Source of the DNA: the human T2T-CHM13v2.0 reference genome, Homo sapiens
DNA: 64,000 nt
NCBI RefSeq assembly: GCF_009914755.1
Contig: NC_060932.1
Reading direction: 5' to 3' (one strand)
This document shows, in pieces, positions 1 through 16,799 of this stretch. Both the position numbers and the translations under genes were made by a program. Under the pieces are notes generated by a model. The model did not search any database. It was not told the DNA's origin and worked only from the letters and a program-made list of their open reading frames with translations. Numbering within the stretch: position 1 is the first letter of the stretch; each line of letters opens with the position of its first letter.

Positions 1-270
1 CTTTCACATTTAAAATCTCAAGCTTTTACATTAAACATTTCCATTTTATTATGCTATTTATAAATCTAACAAACAATGTCTGAGCCACTTGGTTAATCAT
101 TTTAAACATTTTACATTGCATTTATTAATTTAAAAATTTGATTATTTTTTCAAATACATCAATTTTCTGATTAACACACTTTTCCAAATTCTTAAGGAAT
201 TCTCATTAAACAAATACATTAAACTAATACATACAGTAAGTTGTAATTTATCTTAAAAGTTCTAAAATAG

Positions 271-589
271 GGCCGGGTGCGGTGGCTCAAGCCTGTAATC
301 CCAGCACTTTGGGAGGCCGAGGCGGGCGGATCACAAGGTCAGGAGATCGAGACCATCCTGGCTAACATGGTGAAACCCGGTCTTTACTAAAAATACAAAA
401 AATTAGCCGGGCATGTTGGTGGGCGCCTGTAGTCCCAGCCATTCAGGAGGCTGAGGCAGTAGAATGGCGTGAACCCAGGAGGCGGAGCTTGCAGTGAGCC
501 GAGATCGCGCCACTGCACTCCAGTGTGGGCAACAGAGTGAGACTCCGTCTCTAAAATAAAATAAAATAATACAATAAAATAAAAAATAA
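271..589 (+). mobile_element. AluY-type SINE
   Basis: Full dimer with AluY diagnostics (GAGATCGAGACCATCCTGGCTAAC, GGCGTGAACCC, GGAGCTTGCAG); TSD AAAAGTTC(T/C)AAAATAG at 255-270 and 590-605. Confidence 0.93.
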
Positions 590-695
590 AAAAGTTCCAA
601 AATAGTATATAAACTTTTAAAAGATTTTAAAATTATAATAAAAAATCTACATCAGCAAGTTATATACTTTAAACCAGCATTGCAAAGTTAATTTT

Positions 696-820
696 AATTT
701 TTTTTTAAAGATGGGGTCTTGCTATGTTTCCCAGGTTGGTCTCAAACTCCTGGGCTCAAGCAATCCCCCTGCCTCAGCCTCCCAAGTAGTAGGGACTACA
801 GGTGTGTACCATCATGCCTG
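696..820 (-). mobile_element. Alu monomer (FLAM-like)
   Basis: Antisense single Alu arm; TSD TGCAA(A/G)GTTAATTTT at 681-695 and 821-835. Confidence 0.85.
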
Positions 821-876
821 TGCAAGGTTAATTTTTAGACACTTTAGTAAACATTAAAAGTATGTCTAGGCAGGAA

Positions 877-964
877 AAGACACTTCTCAAAAGAAGACAT
901 TAACGCAGCCAACAAACATATGAAAAAAAGCTCAACATCATTGAGCATTAGAGAAATGCAAATT
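877..964 (+). mobile_element. L1 ORF2 3' fragment, split by the following Alu
   Basis: AGACACTTCTCAAAAGAAGACAT...AGCTCAACATCA...AGAGAAATGCAAAT is typical L1 ORF2 end; resumes as AAAAACACCATGAG near 1270. Confidence 0.8.
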
Positions 965-965
965 A

Positions 966-1270
966 GGCCGGGTATGGTGGCTCACACCTGTAATCCTAGC
1001 ACTTCTGGAGGCCAAGGCAGGTGTATCACTTGAGGTCAGGAGTTCGAAACCAGCCTGGCTAACCTGGTGAAACCCCATCTCTACTAAAAATACAAAAAAT
1101 TAGCTGGATGTGGTAGCGCGCGCCTGTAATCCCAGCTACTCAGGAATCTGAGGCAGGAGAATTGCCTGAACCCAGGAGGCGGAGGTTGCAGTGAGCCAAG
1201 ATAGCGCCTTTGCACTCCAGCCTGGGCAACAGAGTGAGACTCCATCTCAAAACAAAAAAGAAAAACAAAA
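966..1270 (+). mobile_element. AluS
   Basis: Full Alu dimer with A-rich tail. Confidence 0.92.
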
Positions 1271-2079
1271 AACACCATGAGGTTTGATTGCCTTCGTTAT
1301 ATCTCTATGTAATTCTAAATCTTCCCAGGATTAAGAGATGCATATCCACTAAAAAAAAAATTATGTCATCCCAAGCAAATCTAGGAATACCTTCCCAAGG
1401 AATGATTTGGTTTACCTTCTTGGCTGGAGGTTTCTATATGGTCAGAGTTCCTTGGCCTCTGTGTCTCTGATTCTAGCTTCCTCTCTACTGGGCATCCCAA
1501 GGGAAGGGGGCTCAGCTTTCTCTACTCGAGTGGAATTGGCCAGACTCCAGTTCTGCACCTTCTTTCTCACCACCCCCTTAGAGACTGTTCCTTCCCTCAG
1601 GATTCCAGTATGCTCAGGAAGCCTCTGGAGGCCCTGACCTCCTGCCTAAGGACCTGTTCTAGGTCAAGTGTAGTTGATGACCCATTACAACCTGAACCTC
1701 TTCCACCCTTCATCACCTGTAGTGGGGAGAAAAAGTATATTGTTAAGATTAAAATCTGCCAACAGAACTCCTCTTAGGAGAAAGAACTGTCTTTACCTGA
1801 AGAACTAGATTTAGCAAAGCACTCTCACAGGCCATTTTGGTTGTCCAAAGGCAGTCCTGACGGGATGGCAGGAATAAGTTAGGAGTAAAATAGTGGACGC
1901 AATAAATTTTCAATTCCAGAGGACAGTCTGAGAGGAAAAAGGAGAAAAATTAGAGTGAATGGGGAGGGAGAGAAGTCAAGCTCTGAGGATAAGGTAGGTG
2001 GGTGGACTCCATGGGACGGGCACACGCCAATTCTCTGGCGACAGGCTTGGTGCCTGTGCATTATAGTTTGTTCTGCAGT

Positions 2080-2640
2080 GTGCCCTTCCCTGTCATGACC
2101 ATAGTGGTGTCTGATGAAAGTTAATCTGACAGTGATGTGCTATGGTTTGGATCAGAGCCAGGAGATATTTAAGATTAGAACAGTTAGGAGACACTCACAG
2201 TTGACCAGGATGAAGACTTTAGTTATCATGGTGTCAACTGGAATGGAAGGGAATAGAGGTGACAGAGGGAGGGCAGACTCAGGGATATCAGTAAAAGTAG
2301 TAAGAGTAGGAGCCACAGTAAAAGAAAATAGTGGGACCAATCACAGAAGGAATGAAGTGAAAACATTGGGGGCAGGTGGGCAGGAAGAATGATGGGGTAG
2401 AGAGAGTGGGGTAGTGACGTTGAATGCTGTACGCTGGGATCTTTGAGTGGATTCTGTGGCTGGAAGATAGGCCATGGCAGTGATATTTGGGACAGCGAAT
2501 GGAGTACATTTCCAAAGGACTGAATTTAGAGAGGAAAGCATGGACTCTGCACAGCAGGACGGTTTGAGAGCTCTGCACGTCGGAATTAAGGAGATGGGGA
2601 AGCGGGGAAAGAAACCCTGGGGAAAACTGAAAGAAATGAT
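2080..2640 (-). mobile_element. Probable degraded L2 LINE
   Basis: Purine-rich degenerate sequence resembling antisense L2; pattern recognition only. Confidence 0.4.
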
Positions 2641-2644
2641 GTGT

Positions 2645-3068
<424 letters not shown>

Positions 3069-3081
3069 TCATTAGCCATTC

Positions 3082-3378
3082 TTTTTTTTTTTTTAAAGAC
3101 AGATTCTCATTCTGTCATCCAGGCTGGAGTGCAGCAGTGCAATCTCGGCTCACTGCAACCTCCCTCTGCCTCCTGGGTTCAAGTGATTCCCCTGCCTCAG
3201 ACTCCTGAGTAGCTGGGACAACAGGCACGTGCTACCACGCCCAGCTTTAGTTGTCTTTAGTAGAGACGGGGTTTCACCATGTTGCTCAGGCTGGTCTTGA
3301 ACTCCTAAACTCAGGCAATCCACTTGCCTTGGCCTCCCAGAGTGCTAGAATTACAGGTGGGAGCCACCAAGCTCGGCC
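3082..3378 (-). mobile_element. Alu (J/S)
   Basis: Antisense dimer; TSD CATTAGCCATTCTT on both sides. Confidence 0.92.
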
Positions 3379-3560
3379 CATTAGCCATTCTTAAATACTT
3401 CCTGTGTGCTAGACCCAGAGAATACATAAAACAAGGCTCCTGACATTGTCCAAGTTAAAGCCACTTTCTAACATCAGGAGGAACCCATCCAGGAAGGAGG
3501 TCTGCCTGGGTATGGGTCAGGGTGTGTGTTGTGAGGAGGGCCCTGGACTCTGCCCTAGAT

Positions 3561-3731
3561 CAGTGATTCTCAAATCCAATCACACTCACCTTGAGGGTTT
3601 GTTAAAACAGATTGCTGGGCCCAACCACCAGAGTTTCTGATTCAGTAGGTCGGAGGTGGGGCCCTGAATTTCTACCAAGTCCCCTGCAGTGCTGATGCCA
3701 CTGATGTAGAGACTGCACTTGAGATCCACTG
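3561..3731. mobile_element. MER5A (hAT-Charlie MITE)
   Basis: CAGTGATTCTCAAA...TTTGAGATCCACTG termini; internal CAGATTGCTGGGCCC...CTGATTCAGTAGGT. Confidence 0.8.
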
Positions 3732-3784
3732 AGGTTGAGTTGGCGGGGTGGGGCTAGGTGTGGATGCACAGAATAAACCATGCT

Positions 3785-3945
3785 GGCCAGGCGTGGTGGC
3801 CTGTAATCCCAACACTTTGGGAGGCCCAGACGGGTGGATCACTTGAGGCCAGGAGTTCCAGACCAGCCTAGGCGATATGGCAAAACCCCGTTTCTACAAA
3901 AAATACAAAAAAAAAAAAATCAGTGAGACTCTGTCTCAAACAAAA
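3785..3945 (+). mobile_element. Internally deleted Alu
   Basis: Left arm joined to GTGAGACTCTGTCTC tail; most of right arm missing. Confidence 0.8.
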
Positions 3946-4157
3946 ACACCAAAACAGTGCTATTCCTCACCTTCCTTCCTTACAGGTCTCAGGGTCTGAT
4001 CACTGAGCTTCCATCACTTCCCTATGTTCTTTTCACCACAGTTTTACTGCTGTGGCAACTTCTAACCCTAACAAGTTGTTAAAAGAGCTGCAGCTCTTGA
4101 AAATTGTGCTGGAGTGGAGATAGAGGAGAGGAATCATCGCCTAAAATTTTCCCCAAG

Positions 4158-4930
<773 letters not shown>

Positions 4931-4978
4931 ATGTATGAGGTCAGGATATGAACAGATTAATTTCAAAAAGAATGATAA

Positions 4979-5276
<298 letters not shown>

Positions 5277-5756
5277 AAAGAATGATAATTTTCTTAAAAC
5301 TGTAATACTGGAATATGAGAGACTAATGCACTCTTTCCTTGCAAACAGACTTACCCTTTTACTGAAGTCAATGCAGTTGGCAAAATAGTAATAGTCATTA
5401 TTGTTATAAACAGCAAACAGACCTACCCATGGAGATGAATGAAAATCAGAACAATGGAAGCTGAGTAAATCAAACATTTGGTGGAATCAGGGTGAAAGTT
5501 TGATGCCTCTATCTCCAGATCAGGAATGGGCTCGCCAATGGGACCATGATATCAGAAGACAGTTCATTTGTTTCCCCTCATCCCGGCTGAAGTCTGGATA
5601 ATCACTACCCATGATTATCTGTGACTCCCTTTTTACTTGCCTGGCCAACCAAAAGTCACTGCCCAACCCCTGGCCTGAGTGCCTCTTGCTCATTAATCCT
5701 TTAATGTAGTTACTGAAGAGCCTGTTAGTAAAAGCCATCCTCTCAGCTTGTACTTT

Positions 5757-5791
5757 GATCCTTAAAGTCATCAAGATCCTTAAAGTCATCA
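5757..5791. repeat. 18-bp-period tandem duplication GATCCTTAAAGTCATCA x2
   Basis: Seen directly. Confidence 0.9.
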
Positions 5792-5864
5792 TTCAAGAGC
5801 TGCACCGTATTTCCAAGTTCTTGTTGAAGGCCTGCCTGTCTGTAACAGCCAAATAGAAACTAGA

Positions 5865-6169
<305 letters not shown>

Positions 6170-6289
6170 AGAAACTAGAAACTTTCACATGTATCTGTTA
6201 TTATCAGAAGCATGGGGTGAGAGCTGTGCAGGGAAAGTGGGGTGAGGAGTGGAGAGATTGGGGAAAACTTTATTTCCTGAGAAATACCT

Positions 6290-6370
6290 CCCAGGCTAAT
6301 GGGATCCTCCTACCTCAGCCTCCTGAGTAGCTGGGACTACAGGCACGCATCACCATGCCTGGCTAATTTG
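6290..6370 (-). mobile_element. Alu fragment
   Basis: GATCCTCCTACCTCAGCCTCCTGAGTAGCTGGGACTACAGG. Confidence 0.8.
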
Positions 6371-6469
6371 TTCTTAAAATGCTGATAAAATCAGATTTCT
6401 GAGTCAGCTAGTAAATGTCTCAACAGACAGGCTGCCAGTCTTCTTGGAACACATTATCACAGGGTAAGA

Positions 6470-7031
<562 letters not shown>

Positions 7032-7342
7032 TTCCCCAGGCTCTTAAAAGCAGAGAAGAGTTGTGGAAGAATTGGGCTCCTTCCCTTTGTCACTGTTCAG
7101 TCCTTCCCACTCTGCTCCAGACCTCAGCCAGGATCCATTTATCACCAATATGTAAGCCAGCTCTTCCGTGAGAAGGGAGGTATACTTAGCCTTCAGGCTT
7201 GAGCTGATCTTGGAAGTCCTGTCCCAGCCTGAGGGGTCTGACCAGTCACTCAGGCTCTTTTTAAGTTTAGTGATTAAAGCTTTTCATACTTAAAAAACAC
7301 AAGATTCACTGATGGGCTTTTTGTTTCAAGTATGAAAGATGT

Positions 7343-7662
7343 GGCTGGGCACGGCGGCTCATGCCTGTTATCCCAGCACTCTGGGAGGCCAAGGTGGGCA
7401 GATCGCTTGAGCCCAGGAGTTCAAGACCAGCCTGGGCAATATAGCAAGACCCCATCTCTACAGAAAATAAAAAATTAGTCAGGTGTGCTGGTGCATGTCT
7501 TTGGTCCCAGCTACTCAGGAGGCTGAAGTGGGAGGATGGCTGGAGCCTGGGAGTTTGAGGTTGCAGCGAGTCATGACGGCACCACTGCATTCCATTCGGG
7601 GTGGCCGAGTGAGTCTGTCAAAAAAAACAAACAAAAAAAAACAACAAAAAAAAAACCAAAAA
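7343..7662 (+). mobile_element. AluJ
   Basis: Full dimer with CGCTTGAGCCCAGGAGTTC. Confidence 0.9.
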
Positions 7663-7959
7663 CGACTTGAGCAAGTCTGAAAGAGAAGAGAGAGCCAATG
7701 GACAAAGAGAGATTCAAGATAGAAGACAGAAGAAACTAACGATGAAAGCAGATCCTGGAGGAGCAGGAGGAGGGTTGCAGTGGAGATCAACCCCAGACGG
7801 GCTGACTCCAGACAGGAGGAGAGAGACTCCTTGGGGACCTGCAGATGCTGATGCCACAGAGTCGGGTGTGGTCAGTCATGGAAGACACCCCCGGGGAGGT
7901 CATCTGAATTTTACATAAATCCAAAGTAATTTAACAAACCATGAGATGACTACTTGGTG

Positions 7960-8125
7960 AGAGCCATTCACGTATATCATTACATTTAATCTTCACAACA
8001 ACACTATGAGGTAGATATTCTTTGATTTTATACTAGAGAAAAGAGCTCAGAGAAGTTAAACAACATGTCCTAGGTCACACAGTTTTCAAGAGGTAAACCT
8101 GGGGTTTGAATCCAGCCCATGTTCT
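7960..8125 (-). mobile_element. MIR
   Basis: ATTTAATCTTCACAACAACACTATGAGGTAG...GCTCAGAGAAGTTAAACAAC...GGTCACACAG core. Confidence 0.8.
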
Positions 8126-8685
8126 TTGAATGACGCATATGACACCACGCTGCATTACAGCAAAGGAGATGGAGTTGTGCCTGTCACAGAAAGCCCATGT
8201 GGGTGATATCAGAGGACAGTGCATCTCTTAATCTCTGAAACCACCGCCAGGGTGTTGTCTGTCTAGACGTTGAGCTTGTCCTGAAATCCAGATTTTCTAG
8301 TTTGTCTAGAAAGCTGTCCAACTGCAGCAAATGGCATAGGCCTTTCTAGGGCTTGAAAGTGTTCGGGAATAGCCTGGTAAGAATTTGAATTAAAACTGCT
8401 AAACAATCTTCTGATTTTGTATCTTGTATTCATTACACAAGTCTTTGTGATAGTTGAACACGTGGGAAGGGCTGGAGAAAATATTTGCAACCTGAAGATT
8501 CTGATCCAGTAAGCATGAGTAAATCCCATGAATGATGTGATCATTTATCAGGTTGGTAGTAGTAGCTGCCTCTAGGAAAAGGAACCTAGGGGATCATCTA
8601 GGGAATGCTGACCTATGTATATATGTTATTGAATCAAATACATTTAAAATCATATCTTTACATGATGGCATAAACTTACTTGTTA

Positions 8686-9004
<319 letters not shown>

Positions 9005-9089
9005 TTTGTCAGAGGAAAGGATTTTGCTTTCCTTTCTCTTGATGAATGTAGACTTGTAATTCGAATCAGCCACCTTTCCCCGATCTTAA

Positions 9090-9855
9090 GTTTATTTAAA
9101 AATAGTTGGTGCTTTCTTTGTGCTGGGCTCTGTTCTAAGTTCTAGGAAAATGGGTGAATAAGAAGGATAAAGTAGCTTCTCTTTACTTTGGCGATGCAAG
9201 CAGTTAGAAAATAGAAAGTATTGGGAGTTATAATGAGAGTGACCAGCTGGAGAGAACTGCTGGGCCCCTTCACATGCTCAGCAAAGGCCCCTCTGCAGAG
9301 AGGAGGTTCAAGCTGAGACCTGAATGAGAAGGAACAGGCAGCTAAAGATCTGTGGGATGAAGGCTCGAAGGCTGAGGGAACAGCAAATGCAAGCTCTCCC
9401 TAAAGTGTGAAAGGACCTGGCATGTTTGAGAAACAAAAAGAAGGAGCGAGTGGGAGAGGTGTCGAGGGGGAGAGGTGTCGACGGGGAGAGGTGTCGGGAG
9501 AGGAGGTTGAAGCATGAGTTCCAGCTGGGGTGAGGAGTGTGGGTTTTATTGTAAGGGTAATTGGGAGCCATTGGAGATTCTAAGGCAAGGGACCAACGTG
9601 ATCCTCTTTATGTGTCAGAAGCTCTCTTTGGCCATGACGTGGAGAAGCGATTGTATAGGGCAGAGAATGGAATCAGAGAGATCAGTTAGAAGGTTATTGT
9701 CTTATAATCCAGGTGATAGGCTTGAACCAGGGTGGCAATGGAGGAAGAGGAGGAGAACGGGTGAGATCCTGGATACATTTCAGAGGTAAGGTTAACAGAG
9801 CTTGCTGATAAGTTGGGTGTAGGAAGTAAAAGAGAAAGGATTGTTTCTAGATTTA
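9090..9855 (-). mobile_element. L2 fragment
   Basis: AGCTGAGACCTGAATGAG...GGGAACAGCAAATGCAA...GGGAGCCATTGGAG...GGATACATTT typical antisense L2. Confidence 0.8.
9452..9496. repeat. 16-bp G-rich tandem repeat (GGGAGAGGTGTCGA(G/C)G) x ~3
   Basis: Units at 9452-9467, 9468-9483, 9484-9496. Confidence 0.9.
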
Positions 9856-9884
9856 GAACTGGGCAACTGTGCGGCCAGGTGCGG

Positions 9885-10365
<481 letters not shown>

Positions 10366-10526
10366 TAGACTTGGCCTTGGAAACTTTTGAATCCAGAACT
10401 GGCGCTGGGGTGGGGCTTTGGACCATGTAAAACCACAGTGAGAACAGACCGAACCTATAAACTATACACCAAATGGAATGATTCCTAGTGGAGTCTAAAA
10501 GTCCTTCTTCTTGTTTTTTGTTTGTT

Positions 10527-10565
10527 TGTGCATGTGTGTGTGCGTGTGTGTGTGTGTGTGTGTGT
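10527..10565. repeat. (TG)n microsatellite
   Basis: Seen directly. Confidence 0.95.
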
Positions 10566-11022
10566 CTTGGCACAGAACTCACCACTTTAGGAAGAGGAGG
10601 GAAGAGGGAGAAGAAAGGAATAGGCTGGGGATGGGTGGTGCTGGCAATTCTGGTGGAGCTGGAATCAAGGGGCCTCCCCTGAAGTCTTCCTTTCCTAGTG
10701 AGGACTTCCATCAATAATCCTTTTATAATCTCAGCTCAGTAGCCTGAGCATTCTCTCCACGGCCAGCCTTTCCCACTTCCCATTCTGCCCTCCTTCCTCT
10801 CAGCACTGCAGGATGTACAAGTCACATGGCTGGTTTATCAGAAAAGAGGATAAATTCTGGCCTTAGTGCCGTCTGAAAAATTCTAAGGGCCCTAAAGTCA
10901 GAAGTCAAGCAGCAGTGCATTCGCTCAGAAGAGGGACAGAGAACAAGAGAAGGCTTGTAGCCTGGAGCCAAGGAGGGCAAGGGCGGGAGTTCAGCACTCA
11001 CATGCTGAGCACCCCTGGGCAT

Positions 11023-11105
11023 TCTTTTTTTTTTTTTTTTTCTGTAGAGATGGGATCTGTTACGTTGACCAGGCTGGTCTGGAACTCCTGGCCTCAAGGG
11101 ATCCT
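11023..11105 (-). mobile_element. Alu fragment
   Basis: Poly(T)-GTAGAGATGGG...CAGGCTGGTCTGGAACTCCTGGCCTCAAG. Confidence 0.8.
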
Positions 11106-11324
11106 CGTGTCATGGCCATCGTGTTGCTTGGCACCCCCAGGTATTCTTTTTGTTGTAAGGGTTCAGAACAGACTCTTACAAGGGCCTTTTTTATGTTAGT
11201 GAAAACTTTTTGCATGCCCATTTTTATAGTTTATTATTATTATTTATTTATAATTATTGCCAATTTTTGAGGACTTTTAGTTCCCTTATATATATTTCCT
11301 TGAATCCTTAGAATAGCTGTTCTC

Positions 11325-11640
11325 CCTTTTTATTTTTATTTATTTATTTATTTTTGAGACAAAGTCTCCCTCTGTCACCCAGGCTGGGGTGCAGTGGCGC
11401 ATATCAGCTCACTGCAGTCTTCACCTCCTGGGTTCAAGCGATTCTCCTGCCTTGGCCTCCTGAGTAGCTGGGATTACAGGTGCCTACCACCATGCCTGAC
11501 TAATTTTTGTTGTATTTTTAGTAGAGATGGGGTTTCACCATGTTGGCCAGGCTGGTTTCAAACTCCTAACCTCAAGTGATCCCACCCGCCTTGGCCTCCC
11601 AAAGTGCTAGGATTACAGGCGTGAGCCACCACGCCTGGCC
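11325..11640 (-). mobile_element. AluS inserted in a MIR
   Basis: Antisense dimer; MIR core (GGAAACTGAGGCCGAGAGGGTCAAG) follows at 11645-11750. Confidence 0.9.
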
Positions 11641-11695
11641 TGTTTCCATTTTTATAAATAAGGAAACTGAGGCCGAGAGGGTCAAGGAATTTTTA

Positions 11696-12012
<317 letters not shown>

Positions 12013-13011
12013 AGAGAGAAGCCAGTTGTTAGGTATACATGGCTCTACCAGCCATTCACTATGTGAATGTGAGTTTAAAACTTCATGTTCATCTTTTATA
12101 GAAAAAGTATAATAATAATACTTACCCTATAGGAGTATTGTATGTGCTTTCTGTTAACTCTTGCTATTATCCCTTTTGTGTTTGGCTGTGAATTCTTTTC
12201 TTTCTTTCTTTTTTTTGCTGGTTCACCATAATGCATCTTCAATCTGTCCACACCTATTTGCACTAGTACATCTTGCTTATACTATAAACGACAGAGGACA
12301 GGTCCAGGATTATATCATTCTTTTGTGTGGCTTTTTTTTATAGTCACTTTGATGAAGACAACGATGAACATGTTGCTAAAAAAGAAAACTTTCATCCTGG
12401 CATTTGGCCAGTTCCTTTTTCAGTCCAAACAGCAGACTGCTGGACTGCTGACTGTGCAGAGGTCCCTTTTTGGAGAGGAGAGGCTCTCTTCCAGTTAGGG
12501 TGAACTCCTGGCCTCTCTGGATTTATGCACATCCAATATGAATTTATAAGCACGGAGGAACTGTTTGCAAAACATCCTGCTCCCACTTGGATGCTACTTT
12601 TATTTTTGTGTGGTTTACATATACTTTTGCACAATTAATTGAAAAGTAATCTTTGGTTAAGTAAATTTGTTTCTTAGCCCTGAGCTACTCGACATTACAG
12701 TTTGGTGGACTACAAAGATTTTTATCTCTAGTGATTGATGCAGAATTGATGGTTGTTTCTTAGTCTCTCAGGTTCTAATTGGAACTGGGTGGTCTTGGAT
12801 TATACTGGTTTACATTACATAACTAGAGGATTTGCTCCAGTTATGAGCAGTTTTGTGAAGACTGGAAGAGTCAGAAAGACCAGGCACCTAGAAAATGTGG
12901 GGAAAAGGATAGTCAGGGACTAATGTCACCAGGATTAGGGCAATTGAGGGAAGAGCTCAAGGTTATCTCTGAACTGACTGAGTGCCCAACTCTATCCCAA
13001 CTCCCAACTGA

Positions 13012-14184
<1,173 letters not shown>

Positions 14185-14459
14185 CACTAACTGATTCATT
14201 TTCTGCCCTTCTCTGCCTCGTTTTGTGCCTGGAAGGCTGATGTCTATGTGGTGCACCACCCAGGCTCCCTTGCTGGAAGGCTTGGGTTAAGTCAATGGGA
14301 GGCACCAGTGGGTGATAAGAGGCTGGAAACAGACAAAGGTCAGAATACGTATTACTTCCACTCTCTCCCTATGGTTCTCCATTATGAATCATAGTGACTG
14401 TGTCCCTTTGTGGTCACAGCTTCCATGGGACAGACACTTTTCCAGGGCTCCAGTTTTTT

Positions 14460-15061
<602 letters not shown>

Positions 15062-15091
15062 TATTTTTATTTTTTATTTATTTATTTTTTT

Positions 15092-15184
15092 AAGGCTAGT
15101 CAAGCAAAGCAGTGGGAGTGGAGAAGGAACAAAGGAATCAGTAGCTGGTTGTGATAAATTAGTTGTAAACACCACTGCACTTGG
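15092..15184 (-). pseudogene. RNY3: Y3 RNA (RNY3) retropseudogene
   Basis: Reverse complement reads CCAAGTGCAGTGGTGTTTACAACTAATTTATCACAACCAGCTACTGATTCCTTTGTTCCTTCTCCACTCCCACTGCTTTGCTTGACTAGCCTT, matching hY3; A-tail; TSD CCAGGGCTCCAGTTTTT at 14442-14458 and 15193-15209. Symbol is the parent gene. Confidence 0.95.
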
Positions 15185-15366
15185 TGTTTACACCAGGGCT
15201 CCAGTTTTTAAGCTCTGGTAATAGCAATTTTTGCCCCTGACTCTTGGCATTGGTGGTGATGTCTTCCACTGTTCTTGGTCCCTAGGTGCCTCGCTTGGTT
15301 ATCTTGACTCTGCCCTCACTCAATGAGTCATCTTTTCATTAAAAATTTCTTTTTCTTTTTTTTTTT

Positions 15367-15843
15367 GGCCAGGCACAGTGGCACATGCCTGTAATCCCAG
15401 CACTTTGGGAGACCAAGGCAGGTGGATCACTTGAGGTCAGGAGTTCGAGACCAGCTTGGCCAACATGGTGAAACCCTGTCTCCACTAAAAATACAAAAAT
15501 TAGCCAAGCGTGGTGGCACCTATGGTCCCAGCTATTTGGAAGGCTGAGGCAGAAGAATCACTGGAACCCAGGAGGCAGAGACTGCTGTGAGCTGAAATCA
15601 CACCACTGCACCCCAGTCTGGGTGACAGAGTAAGACTCCATCTCAAAAAAAAAAAAAAAAAAAAAAGGAAAGAAAGAAAAAAAAAATCACTGTTTTTTTT
15701 TTTTTTTTTGCAAGTTTTGTTTTTTAAGAGATAGAGTCTCATTATGTTGCTCAGGCTAGACTCTAACTCTTAGGCTCAGGGGATCCTCCTGCCTCAGCCT
15801 CCTGAGTAGCTGGGACTACAGGCACACACCACCACATGCGGCT
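15367..15843. mobile_element. AluS (+, 15367-15687) tail-to-tail with FLAM (-, 15693-15843)
   Basis: Alu consensus in opposite orientations. Confidence 0.9.
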
Positions 15844-16439
15844 CAAAATTATTTCTCTATTGTAGCTGTGTGGACCATCTGCCTCCCCCATGTCTGAGAC
15901 TTACAGTACCCACATAAATCCAGAAAGCATACCTGGTATCAAGCTGCGTGAGAGGAATACTCATTGACTTGTTATAGTCTACATTTTGTGATATTTCTCT
16001 CTCTTTCGCCTCATCTGGATGTCTCTTTGAATGTTACACCCTTCAAACAGGCATGAGATGACAAGGCTGATATCTGCTGCTCATTTGGGGGAGGTCGATA
16101 AGCAAATGTCTTTTGTAAGCCCGGTGCCTCCTGGAGAGAGGTACTCTGTGCCTGCTTCATGATTGATTGATTGTTTGCCTATTGATTGAAAGACACATCC
16201 TTTTCATTGAAATCATTATAATTACTTTCTTATAATTGGCAAAGAGTGCCACAGTTGTTATCCTGAAGAGGATATGGTTTATTTTTAAACTATAGATGAA
16301 TCTGAATTTTTAAAATCGCTAGCGTCTGAGCAAATGCCATGAGTAAACACACTTCAGCTGCATCCGTCTGAACTGCTGCTGGGTGGAAGGCTGACGGGTA
16401 AAAATACTTTATATTTGTACCACTCGATACGTGTTTCTA

Positions 16440-16745
16440 CGCTGTCTCTCCCAAATTATCGCATTTGCTCATTACAACAACTTGTCGAGACAAGCAGAGT
16501 TGATATTTTTATTTCCATTTTAAAGGCTTCATTCATCAAACATTTATTGATCCTCTTTTATATACCTGTCCCTCTGCTGGGCACTGGTGATACTGAGAAG
16601 ATGATAACATAATTTCTGTCCTCAATACAGTGCAGTGGGAGATGCAAATAGTAACCAACTAAAGTATGGTGTGGTGAGCAGTGTGCAAGTGGTAAGAGTG
16701 AAATGCTATGGGTGCCAGGAGGAGGGAGTAATGAAAGGGGTGGGG
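16440..16745 (-). mobile_element. MIR and L2 3'-end fragments
   Basis: TTCATTCATCAAACATTTATTGA...CTGCTGGGCACTGGTGATAC antisense L2 end. Confidence 0.65.
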
Positions 16746-16799
16746 AGAGTACATGTCATTGAGTGCTTGCCAAGTGCCAGGTATTGGGCTAGAGCCCTG

